From: a virus
Reading direction: 5' to 3' (one strand)
IMG/VR virus record: IMGVR_UViG_3300045988_138510
Span: 54,063 to 86,062 of that record
DNA length: 32,000 nucleotides
Under the pieces are notes generated by a model. The model made no database searches. It saw nothing but the letters and a program-made list of their open reading frames with translations, and was not told the DNA's origin. Positions 17,021 to 25,555 of this stretch are shown here, one piece after another (position 1 is the stretch's first letter; each line of letters begins with the position of its first letter). The translations under genes and the position numbers were made by a program.

Positions 17021-19279
17021 TTATGCTGCTTTATTACCATGAGAATCTAAGAAAGTAAGAAATTCTGCTTTCAACTTCTCATAATTATCTTTCTCTGAAC
17101 CTGTGAAAATTCTATGCTGTTTTTCCATTTCATTGAGCCATTCACTAAACTCTTCGTCTTTCTCTGCATTACAAGCATATGCCATAAGTGCTAACAATAC
17201 CGGCATACCAACTTTGTATACACAGGAGTCTAACTTAAGATAGTCGTCAATAAAATCCTTATACAGTTCAATGTCTTCCTGTTCTACATTTGGATCAGCT
17301 ACCTCTTTTACGAACTGTAACTCATGATCTTCTTCTGACTGTGATTCAGTTACTACTGATTCTGTTTCTTCTGTAGTAACATTATTTTCTGTTGTCTCTT
17401 TTACTGTATTATTCTCGTTTTCAGTTACTTCTTCATTAGTTACTTCTTCATATGTATTTTCTGTTTCTTCTACTTCTTCAATATGTAAATAATCCTTCAT
17501 AAGAGTAACCAATAGATTGATTTTTCCCATGATGGTAGTTCTCTTTTTACTCTGTTCTGATTTAAAAGTTTTCATGCTAACACCATCTACAGTACGGTCT
17601 TTTAAATCAGTTGCATATGCATTAAGGAAGTCTACAAATCTGCTATCTTCAATGTTATACTTTGTAAATTCATTGAATACCGCTACCCACATTGGAATGG
17701 CAGCTGGAGTAAATAACTTGGTAACTTCCTTATTATTTTCTCCAATTGCTAATTCCAAACGGTTTAAATCAGAATTAAGCTGTTCAAACTCTTCGTCTGT
17801 AGCATTTTCATCTACATACTTATAGGCATTTTCCAATTTAGCTTTCCAATCGTCCTTATGGAACAAAAGCATAATTGCTTCGGCAACTACACGTTCCAGT
17901 TTACCTTTAGTCTCATTAGTTGTAGTGATTTTACAGCAATTTTTGAAAAACATATTCTTCTCAGAGATTTTCTTAATTTTCCCAGCTGTTACGGTAGTAA
18001 TCTTGGTCAGTCCCAACTGCTCCTTGTTCATAGATGAGTGGTTGTTGTAGTCGCGAAGGTGATCCGCAATTTGCTGATCCGTGCAGTTAAAAAACTTAGT
18101 CACATTGAAATTAAATACATCAAATCTCTTTTTTAATTCATCAGGAAGATCTTTGTAGTATTTTCCAATAACATCACATACTTTTAATTCGTAAGTTGGA
18201 AATCCGTTGTCATCTAAAATTCGATTTCCGTTTTCGTCTAAAGAATATTCTCTATATTCAATTAAGTGTCTTTCTGCACCTACACTTCCAATTTTAATAC
18301 GATTATTTCTAAATGCCTCCGCATAAGATAAACGCTGTAAGCCATCAATTAAATATGCAATAATCAATTCCTTTACTTTTTGCTCACATAAAACGATTTC
18401 AGGAACAGGAAGCGAACTTAATATTCTACAGAAATAACGATTCGCTTCTTCTTCTGACCACTGAAATGGTTTTCTCTGTAAAATGTATTTACAGTTAATG
18501 TCACCATCTTTTTTCTGCTGCAATAATGTGAACATTGGTAATTTGTCCATTCTGTAATCTTCGGATTCGCTAATAGCAATTACTCTGTCTTTCATATCAT
18601 ATTCCTCCATATTATATTTCGTGTCTTTTAAAAACATTTCCATATTTTCATTTCTCTTAATCCGCTCTACTGCGTTTTCATAATCGCTTTGCGATATATC
18701 TAAGATCTTCTTAATTTTTTCTACAGGAACTTTCCTCATTTTCAAAATAGTAATTCGCTTCTGTAACCGTGGCATACTATCAAGAAGTATATTTACCTTT
18801 TCTACAGAATCATCTCCATTTAATCCAAGTTCTGTCTCTACACTGAAATTGGACGGGATTTTTTCTCTTAAATCAGATCCATCTTCCAATGGAACATCCA
18901 TAGAAACATCATAGACTTTCTTTTTTATTGGTTTTCCATTCTTATCTTTTTTAATCTCTCCATTTTCATCTGTTTCATATTCCAGGTTGCACCGCTTCCA
19001 AGTCAGCTGATCACGGCTCCAATCATAGAATGACCGTTTAATATTTCCTGTAAGAAATGTATTAAAGGAACAATCTTCTGTTTCATCAAATGTCTGAACA
19101 CTTTCCAGAAGAACTTTCAGTGCATCACTGTACAAGTCATCATAATCCTTCTGATCTACGTTCTTCATATTAATGATTGGATTACAAATCCGTTTTAATC
19201 TCGCCATATCATTTTCAGAATAATATGTAACTAATTCCATCTGTTTTTCATTCAGACTTATTTTTTCTACTTTCCCCAT
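17021..19279 (-). CDS. sigma-factor-like N-terminus fused to DUF262/ParB-like (GmrSD-type) domain (752 aa)
   Basis: N-term YDDLYSDALKVLLESVQTFDETEDCSFNTFLTGNIKRSFYDWSRD (sigma region 2-like) and MPRLQKRITILKMRKVPVEKIKKILDISQSDYENAVERIKR (region 4/HTH-like); then YILQRKPFQWSEEEANRYFCRILSSLPVPEIVL...AYLIDGLQRLSYAEAF, a DUF262-like W...P...DGLQR signature. Confidence 0.75.
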   Translation of the reverse strand: MGKVEKISLNEKQMELVTYYSENDMARLKRICNPIINMKNVDQKDYDDLYSDALKVLLESVQTFDETEDCSFNTFLTGNIKRSFYDWSRDQLTWKRCNLEYETDENGEIKKDKNGKPIKKKVYDVSMDVPLEDGSDLREKIPSNFSVETELGLNGDDSVEKVNILLDSMPRLQKRITILKMRKVPVEKIKKILDISQSDYENAVERIKRNENMEMFLKDTKYNMEEYDMKDRVIAISESEDYRMDKLPMFTLLQQKKDGDINCKYILQRKPFQWSEEEANRYFCRILSSLPVPEIVLCEQKVKELIIAYLIDGLQRLSYAEAFRNNRIKIGSVGAERHLIEYREYSLDENGNRILDDNGFPTYELKVCDVIGKYYKDLPDELKKRFDVFNFNVTKFFNCTDQQIADHLRDYNNHSSMNKEQLGLTKITTVTAGKIKKISEKNMFFKNCCKITTTNETKGKLERVVAEAIMLLFHKDDWKAKLENAYKYVDENATDEEFEQLNSDLNRLELAIGENNKEVTKLFTPAAIPMWVAVFNEFTKYNIEDSRFVDFLNAYATDLKDRTVDGVSMKTFKSEQSKKRTTIMGKINLLVTLMKDYLHIEEVEETENTYEEVTNEEVTENENNTVKETTENNVTTEETESVVTESQSEEDHELQFVKEVADPNVEQEDIELYKDFIDDYLKLDSCVYKVGMPVLLALMAYACNAEKDEEFSEWLNEMEKQHRIFTGSEKDNYEKLKAEFLTFLDSHGNKAA

Positions 19280-19290
19280 ATTGAACCTAC

Positions 19291-19905
19291 CTAATTGTTA
19301 TGTATTTCTGTTTCACTCTCATCATCTTCGTTTCCTTCGATAATTCGATATGTATATTTTCTATGGAAAAGTCCATCCACGGCTTTTTGAATCCGTTCAC
19401 GTTGAACACATTCTGGATTGATATTCGCCAGAACATTCTGGATAATCTGGATTTCATCTTTTGTTTCTCTTCTCTTGGTACGATTCTCACGAATTGCCTT
19501 ATAGAGCTGCCAGCCGGTATATAAATCTTTTGATGGTTCAATCTCAATTGAATGTAAAATATTGAGTAATCCTTTGTCGAGATCATACAGGATGCCAATT
19601 AATTCATTACTGCGTTTTACAGCTGAATTAAAGATGTCTCCGCAGGTCCCAAACTGTTCTACCCATCTGGTGATATTTTCTGAAGGTTTATACGTCTGTG
19701 GAGTCTCAATTACTCTAGGAGGGATATCAGGAATCGCTTCCATAATAAAATTCAATTTCTTTAAAGATTTCGGTAATGAATTTAAAATATTTCTCGCCTT
19801 GTTACGATCCATAAGTGTTCTGTCTTTGAAATTACATGATACTGGTCTACCACCAGAATCAATTTTGATGTAAACTCCCCTATTGTTTCTGATCACATAG
19901 TCCAT
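19291..19905 (-). CDS. hypothetical protein (204 aa)
   Basis: Collinear ORF; the alternative-frame ORF 19287-19598 is inside it. Confidence 0.7.
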   Translation of the reverse strand: MDYVIRNNRGVYIKIDSGGRPVSCNFKDRTLMDRNKARNILNSLPKSLKKLNFIMEAIPDIPPRVIETPQTYKPSENITRWVEQFGTCGDIFNSAVKRSNELIGILYDLDKGLLNILHSIEIEPSKDLYTGWQLYKAIRENRTKRRETKDEIQIIQNVLANINPECVQRERIQKAVDGLFHRKYTYRIIEGNEDDESETEIHNN

Positions 19906-19931
19906 TTTTATTCTCCCTCCTTTTTCGTCAA

Positions 19932-20005
19932 TGGATTGTACAGGACTCGAACCTGCGACCGATCGGTTATGAGCCGACTGCTCTGACCAACTGAGCTAAC
20001 GATCC
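19932..20005 (-). tRNA. tRNA-Met (CAT anticodon; CAU tRNAs can also decode as fMet/Ile2)
   Basis: Minus strand GGATCGTTAGCTCAGTTGGTCAGAGCAGTCGGCTCATAACCGATCGGTCGCAGGTTCGAGTCCTGTACAATCCA; D, anticodon (CTCATAA loop), T arms and 6/7 acceptor pairs; no encoded CCA. Confidence 0.93.
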
Positions 20006-20053
20006 ATACCGGCAGCCTTTTATTGACCACCGATTGTGTGATTTGTAATGTAA

Positions 20054-20821
20054 TTAGGCTCCATATTTATGTAATTCACCATATCTGAACGGCAATCCAT
20101 AAGATTTGCACCATTTTCTTACCGCATTATCTGTAACATTATATTTCTTGCCAATTTCTACAAAAGATTTTATGTATATTAATTTTTCTAATTCTTCTTT
20201 TGGAGGAATGTTTTTCCTTCTGTCTTTGTTATAACATTCAAGACACATTTTACTATTCATAGAAATTTCGTTTATATTACAAATAGGACATATTTTCATG
20301 TTCTTTTTTCTTTTTATCATTGGAACATATTTTATTTTTCCATCAATTTGAGATTTTCTCTCTTTTAAATTTCTACCAGCAAAGGTCGGTAACTGACTAT
20401 TACAATTGGGACATATCCATCTTAAATTATTAATCACATTATTATGATTATTCCCATCAATATGATCCAAAATCATTGTAAGTTCTTTGTCATTCCATAT
20501 ATTTGATTGTCCACATATTTTACAAAAAGTATTATCACTTATTTTTATAAAAGCACTTCTTAATGTATTTTGACTTGCGGTACTATCTTTACAAAATGTA
20601 TTTTCAAAAGTTCTTACAACTCTTTCAGGAACTCTAAAATGATCACAATTAATATTGTATTCTTTAATTCGTTTCAAAATTGTTTTAAAATTACTTCCAT
20701 TTCTTGTTTTATATCCCAATTTTTCAATAACTTCTGCCATAGAAAATGAATTAGTAACAATTTTTTCTAATTCTTCTTTTGAATAGTTATCAACTAACGC
20801 TCTTGAACTAATAAAAATCAC
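20054..20821 (-). CDS. HNH endonuclease, homing-endonuclease-like (255 aa)
   Basis: CKICGQSNIWNDKELTMILDHIDGNNHNNVINNLRWICPNCNSQLPTFAGRN HNH core; HTH-like C-term IKSFVEIGKKYNVTDNAVRKWCKSYGLP. Confidence 0.88.
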   Translation of the reverse strand: MIFISSRALVDNYSKEELEKIVTNSFSMAEVIEKLGYKTRNGSNFKTILKRIKEYNINCDHFRVPERVVRTFENTFCKDSTASQNTLRSAFIKISDNTFCKICGQSNIWNDKELTMILDHIDGNNHNNVINNLRWICPNCNSQLPTFAGRNLKERKSQIDGKIKYVPMIKRKKNMKICPICNINEISMNSKMCLECYNKDRRKNIPPKEELEKLIYIKSFVEIGKKYNVTDNAVRKWCKSYGLPFRYGELHKYGA

Positions 20822-20955
20822 TCCTTATATATTTTTTTGTATTAAAAATAAATGCAATAATTTATTGCATTAAATTCTTGGCTACAGCCCTATAATCATA
20901 TTCTCTTATTTAAAAATAAAGATTGGAAAATTAGCAGATACTTGCTTTGATTAAC

Positions 20956-20984
20956 TTGATTTATAAAATGAAACAAAGTATAAT
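20956..20984 (+). promoter_or_regulatory. putative SigA-type promoter
   Basis: TTGATT (20956-20961) - 17 bp - TATAAT (20979-20984), plus strand. Confidence 0.6.
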
Positions 20985-20991
20985 ATGTATT

Positions 20992-21080
20992 GCATAGTAT
21001 CTTGATGGGTGCTTATGTATTAAGACTACCGTATATCTGCTTTTGTGGCGGCAACCACATTATCAGATGGTAGTCTTTTT
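20992..21080 (+). ncRNA. putative small RNA between promoter and terminator
   Basis: About 90 nt from the predicted TSS to the T-tract; no plausible ORF; structured 3' end. Confidence 0.5.
21022..21080 (+). terminator. strong intrinsic terminator with nested hairpin
   Basis: AAGACTACC...CTG / CAGATGGTAGTCTT, inner TGTGG-CGGCAA-CCACA, followed by a T run. Confidence 0.7.
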
Positions 21081-21181
21081 TTATTTTCCGTTTCCATTTC
21101 TGGAATCTCTTTACATTTGCTATTATATAGCCGAACATTTGTTCTGTCAACTACTTTATCGAACATTTGTTCGGTATTATT

Positions 21182-21460
21182 TTATTCCCGCAAAAGGATC
21201 ACACTCTCCTTCCCTTTTAGTCTTAGATCAGGAAATGCATCTTGTCTTTCCGTATAACATCTAAGCTGCCTAATAAAATCATCACAGACCGATGCGATGG
21301 TTTCTGCTTCCTTAATCATTTTCTCACATTCAAAAAATCTCTTCTTTGAAAATTCACTTATATCCTTGGGATTTTCTAAATCATTTACTGCTACAAGAAC
21401 AACAGCATCTTTTTTTGCCATCTTCTTTGCCTCTTCTACTGTCATTAATATATACTCCAT
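21182..21460 (-). CDS. hypothetical protein, co-oriented with MazF-like gene (92 aa)
   Basis: ORF 10 nt downstream of the MazF-like gene. Confidence 0.65.
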   Translation of the reverse strand: MEYILMTVEEAKKMAKKDAVVLVAVNDLENPKDISEFSKKRFFECEKMIKEAETIASVCDDFIRQLRCYTERQDAFPDLRLKGKESVILLRE

Positions 21461-21469
21461 AATATCCTC

Positions 21470-21829
21470 CTAGTCATTTCCCCAATTTGAGAAGTAAACT
21501 CTTTTTACTTCTTCTCTACCAGCATTGTCAGAAATGGTTCCCATTTTTTTTATAATTCTGCGTTCAGAAGCCTGTCTAATACATTCTCCTAAAAGATAGG
21601 AGTCTTTTGTTAAACCATATTTTTCATTCGCAGGAAAAAGAGAATGCGTAGACTGCTTTAAACTTTTGGGTTGTGACGTAAACGGCATCACAACCGTAGA
21701 AACACTATACCTATTTCCTATATTATTCTGTACAATCACTGCCGGTCTAATGCCACCTTGTTCGCCAGCTAATATTTCTTCACCAAAATCTACTAATACT
21801 ACATCAAACTTCTTATAACCGCCTTCCAC
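21470..21829 (-). CDS. MazF/PemK-family endoribonuclease-like protein
   Basis: YKKFDVVLVDFGEEILAGEQGGIRPAVIVQNN...STVVMPFTSQ...; GTG start preceded by AAAGGAGG at 8 nt; track ORF extends to 21904. Confidence 0.85.
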   Translation of the reverse strand: MEGGYKKFDVVLVDFGEEILAGEQGGIRPAVIVQNNIGNRYSVSTVVMPFTSQPKSLKQSTHSLFPANEKYGLTKDSYLLGECIRQASERRIIKKMGTISDNAGREEVKRVYFSNWGND

Positions 21830-21873
21830 TTCTGCATCCTCCTTTCCTTTAGTATTCATTTCTTTGAACAATT

Positions 21874-21902
21874 TTAGTATATTACACTCTACAATTAATG
21901 TC
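21874..21902 (-). promoter_or_regulatory. putative promoter of the MazF-like operon
   Basis: Minus-strand TTGACA (21902-21897) - 17 nt - TACTAA (21879-21874). Confidence 0.45.
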
Positions 21903-21903
21903 A

Positions 21904-21970
21904 AGTGTTATTGTAGACATTAATTTACTTTTTCACTTTTTTATTGTATACTGTTATTGTAGACGTTAAT
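21904..21970. promoter_or_regulatory. repeated operator-like boxes in divergent promoter region
   Basis: TGTTATTGTAGACATTAATTT (21904-21924) and TGTTATTGTAGACGTTAATTT (21950-21970), 20/21 identical; a plus-strand promoter TTTACT - 17 - TATACT (21922-21950) lies between; a further inverted ATTAATGTC at 21892-21900. Confidence 0.6.
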
Positions 21971-21995
21971 TTTCTCTTTTATATAGAGGTTATGC

Positions 21996-22481
21996 ATGTA
22001 TAGACTTAATATAAAAAAATATGTAGATGTCATGTTTGACGGTAATATCAACAAATTTGCTAAGGCAATAGGTGTAAATTATAATCCTGCAAAACAATTA
22101 TACTCTAGTGAAACGACACGAATAAATTTTGATGTCCTTACTTCTTTATGTGATACTTTTCACTGTACACCAAATGATATTCTTGTTAATGATGACATAG
22201 TAAAATGGCATGACTCTCCTGACGCTATTTTCGACATTGCCTATCCAAAAGAAAATTCTTCGGGATCAACATTTACTGTTAGTTTAAATAATCCGAATGA
22301 TCCAAGCACTCCTATAAAAGTAAATGTTGATACAAAAGACGAAGAAAAAATGGCGCAGATAGCTCAAGATGTTGCCAACCAAATAGTACATTCTTTTATG
22401 CGCAGACATACTATTATTTCAAATGAAAAATATGATAAATTGCTAGAACAAATTAAAGAGTTAAGCGATGCTAAAAAATAG
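21996..22481 (+). CDS. Cro/C1-type HTH transcriptional regulator (161 aa)
   Basis: KYVDVMFDGNINKFAKAIGVNYNPAKQLYSSETTRINFDVLTSLCDTFHCTPNDILV, typical XRE fold spacing. Confidence 0.85.
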   Translation: MYRLNIKKYVDVMFDGNINKFAKAIGVNYNPAKQLYSSETTRINFDVLTSLCDTFHCTPNDILVNDDIVKWHDSPDAIFDIAYPKENSSGSTFTVSLNNPNDPSTPIKVNVDTKDEEKMAQIAQDVANQIVHSFMRRHTIISNEKYDKLLEQIKELSDAKK

Positions 22482-22494
22482 CACCGCTTTCCTT

Positions 22495-23502
22495 TTACGC
22501 AATTCGCTTCTCATTTGCCATGTTAATAGCAATCTGGTAAACCTCAACTGCTTCTTTGCCTTCCTGCATTCCCTTGATAACATTCATAATTACATTTCCA
22601 AAGTCGTTTGATTTTAATGAAATGACCGGCATGTTTTTGATGATTTCATCTCCCTTACCAGCCAGGACATTCTTGATAAACTCACCATGATCTTCCAAAT
22701 ATCTTCTCTTCTGTTCTTCTACTAAACCAATATAAATCATAGTTGTCTGAAGATCTGCGTGGTTAAAGAGTTTCTGTAGTGTTAATAAACAGTTGGGATC
22801 GAACATATGCATTTTATATACCCAGTATCCTAGCGACTTCCGAAGGCTATGTGTACTGACTGGAGTTGTGATACCAATAGCTTTCGCAGCCTGTTTTAGT
22901 TTCTTCCTATAATCATCAGACTGCCACTTCACAATGTCGTTCCATTCTACTTCATAATACAAATAGCCACCTAATGTTTTATACTCTTTTTGCCTTTCAA
23001 AATCCTTTAAGATTTTCTGTTTACGATCTTCCGTGAAATCCTTTCCTAAGAATCTGCACCATTCTTCTATATCTGTGTTATCATACACAGGATTATCATG
23101 TCTCTGAATCCACGCAGTTTTCGCTTCATATTTAAAAATGAATTCATCGTAATGCTGCATTGGATCAACGCCAGTATGGTCCAAATAAATATCCATTGCT
23201 TCATATGTCATATGACTTACTGGCAATTCAGTGACTTTCCCTGTCTTCTGTTCTACAATAGTGTTAATTGCTTCTTTTCTCTTTCCGTTTTCATAATACA
23301 GATCAGACCACTTCATAGAGATAGTATCACCAATACGTCTACCAAGAAGAAGCTCTAACATGGTGATAAAATATCCATCCCAATCTTCTTTTTTCTCAAA
23401 CCATTCTATAACCGCTTTAATATCTTCCATATTCCATAATGGCTGAACTTCTGTTTTACCTTTTTTCTTTGTTGCATATCTACTTTTTTCTTCCATAATC
23501 AT
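22495..23502 (-). CDS. tyrosine recombinase / phage integrase-like protein (335 aa)
   Basis: LLGRRIGDTISMKWSDL, THSLRKSLGYWV and FNHADLQTTMIYIG match the R / HxLR / H...Y motifs. Confidence 0.88.
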   Translation of the reverse strand: MIMEEKSRYATKKKGKTEVQPLWNMEDIKAVIEWFEKKEDWDGYFITMLELLLGRRIGDTISMKWSDLYYENGKRKEAINTIVEQKTGKVTELPVSHMTYEAMDIYLDHTGVDPMQHYDEFIFKYEAKTAWIQRHDNPVYDNTDIEEWCRFLGKDFTEDRKQKILKDFERQKEYKTLGGYLYYEVEWNDIVKWQSDDYRKKLKQAAKAIGITTPVSTHSLRKSLGYWVYKMHMFDPNCLLTLQKLFNHADLQTTMIYIGLVEEQKRRYLEDHGEFIKNVLAGKGDEIIKNMPVISLKSNDFGNVIMNVIKGMQEGKEAVEVYQIAINMANEKRIA

Positions 23503-23508
23503 TCTCCT

Positions 23509-24060
23509 TTACTGAAATAATTCTTTTAAAATCCGAGGCTCATATTTCTGTTCCTGTACACTTTTTATTGCTTTTTTCATACATATAATTCCTTTTGCAT
23601 TTAATGTTTTACCAAGAATACCATCTATCTGCCTCAGCTCATTTTTATAATCCCTTCTTCTGCATTTGCAGTCATGTAGTAATTTGTAAATCTTATATCC
23701 ATCAGCTGCACCTAAATTTTGGAATTCAGCAGCATGTTCAATATCAACAATTTTTAAATCTTCTCGTTGTATTAGCTTTAGAACTATAATTCTTCGACTT
23801 TGAAGTTCTTCTGTAAATTTCTCAATTTCTTTTATTTTCTCTTCCAGGTTGTAGCTAACAGGTGTGTCTTCAATATCTTTTGCTATAAGCTCAATCACTT
23901 CCATATTATAAACTTTACATAATGAACAAGATTTTACTACATTATCTGCTTTCTCTTTAACCTGCCATGTCGAAGCATCATTGAGATTATCCACAGCCAA
24001 AAACCGTGAATCTATTCCCTGCTTCAAATATTTCTCACCGTTAGTTATTATGTATTGCAT
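23509..24060 (-). CDS. hypothetical helical protein (183 aa)
   Basis: ORF immediately upstream of the recombinase gene. Confidence 0.7.
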   Translation of the reverse strand: MQYIITNGEKYLKQGIDSRFLAVDNLNDASTWQVKEKADNVVKSCSLCKVYNMEVIELIAKDIEDTPVSYNLEEKIKEIEKFTEELQSRRIIVLKLIQREDLKIVDIEHAAEFQNLGAADGYKIYKLLHDCKCRRRDYKNELRQIDGILGKTLNAKGIICMKKAIKSVQEQKYEPRILKELFQ

Positions 24061-24165
24061 TTTATACCTCCAATAGTTTCCTATCTATGTATTCTCCATA
24101 TTGATTTCAATTTTTGCGTAAAAAAAATAGAAGCAGATTTCTCTACTTCTACATAAGAACCATAT

Positions 24166-24318
24166 TTACTTATTCCGTTTTAGGATTTCCGTCACTTCCT
24201 TTACACTGATCAGATATATCTTTGCCACTTGTTTCTTATCTTGACAGCGTTGATATTCGTTTATAATATCCCGATCAGTCCACTGGTAATCAACAGGCGG
24301 ATTCATATAATTTTCCAT
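24166..24318 (-). CDS. small HTH-like protein (50 aa)
   Basis: Manual translation: MENYMNPPVDYQWTDRDIINEYQRCQDKKQVAKIYLISVKEVTEILKRNK. Confidence 0.5.
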   Translation of the reverse strand: MENYMNPPVDYQWTDRDIINEYQRCQDKKQVAKIYLISVKEVTEILKRNK

Positions 24319-24322
24319 TAAG

Positions 24323-24742
24323 CTACATCCTATTCTCCACTTTTAATGTTCTCATAAGTGCTTCCTGTAAAATCCGTGACACGTTAATTCCTGCTTGATC
24401 CGCAGCATAATTTAACCAGCTTGGTAAGGCAACATTTCTTCTTACAGTTTTTGTATCAATTTTCTTTCTATATAATGTAGAATCAATATCTACAAATGAG
24501 ACCACGGTTTCTCCATCGTCTGCAAAGGTTCCATTTGCCGGATTTAATTCTTTAAGTTCAGATGGTGTTGGAATTTCTTCTTTATCATCTTCCATTGATA
24601 CACATTTTAATTCAATTGCGTCTCGTGCCATATTCATGGCATCATTCATATCCTTACCTTCTGTTAAAATTCCAAAATCTGGAACTTCAACTAATATATC
24701 TTCATTTGTTTTTGTAAAGAATACAGGATATACATTTTTCAT
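24323..24742 (-). CDS. hicB: HicB-like antitoxin
   Basis: YPVFFTKTNEDILVEVPDFGILTEGKDMNDAMNMARDAIEL...; C-term RRNVALPSWLNYAADQAGINVSRILQEAL; paired with HicA. Confidence 0.88.
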   Translation of the reverse strand: MKNVYPVFFTKTNEDILVEVPDFGILTEGKDMNDAMNMARDAIELKCVSMEDDKEEIPTPSELKELNPANGTFADDGETVVSFVDIDSTLYRKKIDTKTVRRNVALPSWLNYAADQAGINVSRILQEALMRTLKVENRM

Positions 24743-24801
24743 CTTTTTAAACCTCCATTCTCTAATTATTGATATTCATATGATACTAAAGAAATAATGG
24801 A

Positions 24802-24975
24802 CTATAAAAGTCCATTTCTCTTTAGTATTGCCTTTGCCAAACGCTCATCAATTTCTTTATGTCTCGGAATTGTTTCTTTCACGTTTCCCCGAACATATAT
24901 GTCATGACTGCCACCGTGCCTCTCAAAGACAAAACCACCTTTTTCTAGTCTACTGACTAATTCCGTTCTTTTCAT
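24802..24975 (-). CDS. hicA: HicA-like mRNA interferase toxin
   Basis: MKRTELVSRLEKGGFVFERHGGSHDIYVRGNVKETIPRHKEIDERLAKAILKRNGL, GGSHDIY and PRHKEI motifs; track ORF extends to 25008. Confidence 0.9.
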   Translation of the reverse strand: MKRTELVSRLEKGGFVFERHGGSHDIYVRGNVKETIPRHKEIDERLAKAILKRNGLL

Positions 24976-25086
24976 GGGTGTCTGCCTCCTTATACATATA
25001 TTATACACACTTATTGTGTAATGTCAACGTTTTTATACACACTCAATACACAAAGCCATCAATGAAACCAACCTTTATTTAATTTT

Positions 25087-25320
25087 TTATCCTACATTTA
25101 AATATCTCTTTGCGGTATCATAATCAAAAATACAATCGTGTTCCATATTATCTGAATAAATTGTCACACCTGTTTCATCTTGAGTAACATAATACCAAAG
25201 CCCTTCTTTAAAAAGATAATCCGTGCCATCATTTGAATGTGCATCTTTTTTCATTTGAACCATGTACTTTTTTAATGCACTTTTCAAAACTTCAATATCG
25301 GTTATATTATCTAAATCCAT
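25087..25320 (-). CDS. hypothetical protein (77 aa)
   Basis: Collinear ORF. Confidence 0.6.
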   Translation of the reverse strand: MDLDNITDIEVLKSALKKYMVQMKKDAHSNDGTDYLFKEGLWYYVTQDETGVTIYSDNMEHDCIFDYDTAKRYLNVG

Positions 25321-25354
25321 TTAACCATCTCCATTTTCACTTAAAATGTCTGTT

Positions 25355-25516
25355 TTATCTGGTACTAAAATTAGGAAATTCTTTAGTATCCTTAAATTTC
25401 TCCTGAAATACTGAATCTCCATATTTTAAGCACTCATACCCCCACGGATATCCTTTATCATCGACTTTCACATTTAACTGTTTACATTTGTCACAGTTCC
25501 TATTACAATGAACCAT
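25355..25516 (-). CDS. small Cys-containing protein (53 aa)
   Basis: Manual translation: MVHCNRNCDKCKQLNVKVDDKGYPWGYECLKYGDSVFQEKFKDTKEFPNFSTR. Confidence 0.5.
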   Translation of the reverse strand: MVHCNRNCDKCKQLNVKVDDKGYPWGYECLKYGDSVFQEKFKDTKEFPNFSTR

Positions 25517-25555
25517 AAATCCTCCGTTTCCGATGAAAACAATTTTTCATTTACA

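Noticed and set aside
19287-19598. 103-aa minus-strand ORF
   Set aside because: Lies inside the better-supported 204-aa ORF (19291-19905) in another frame.
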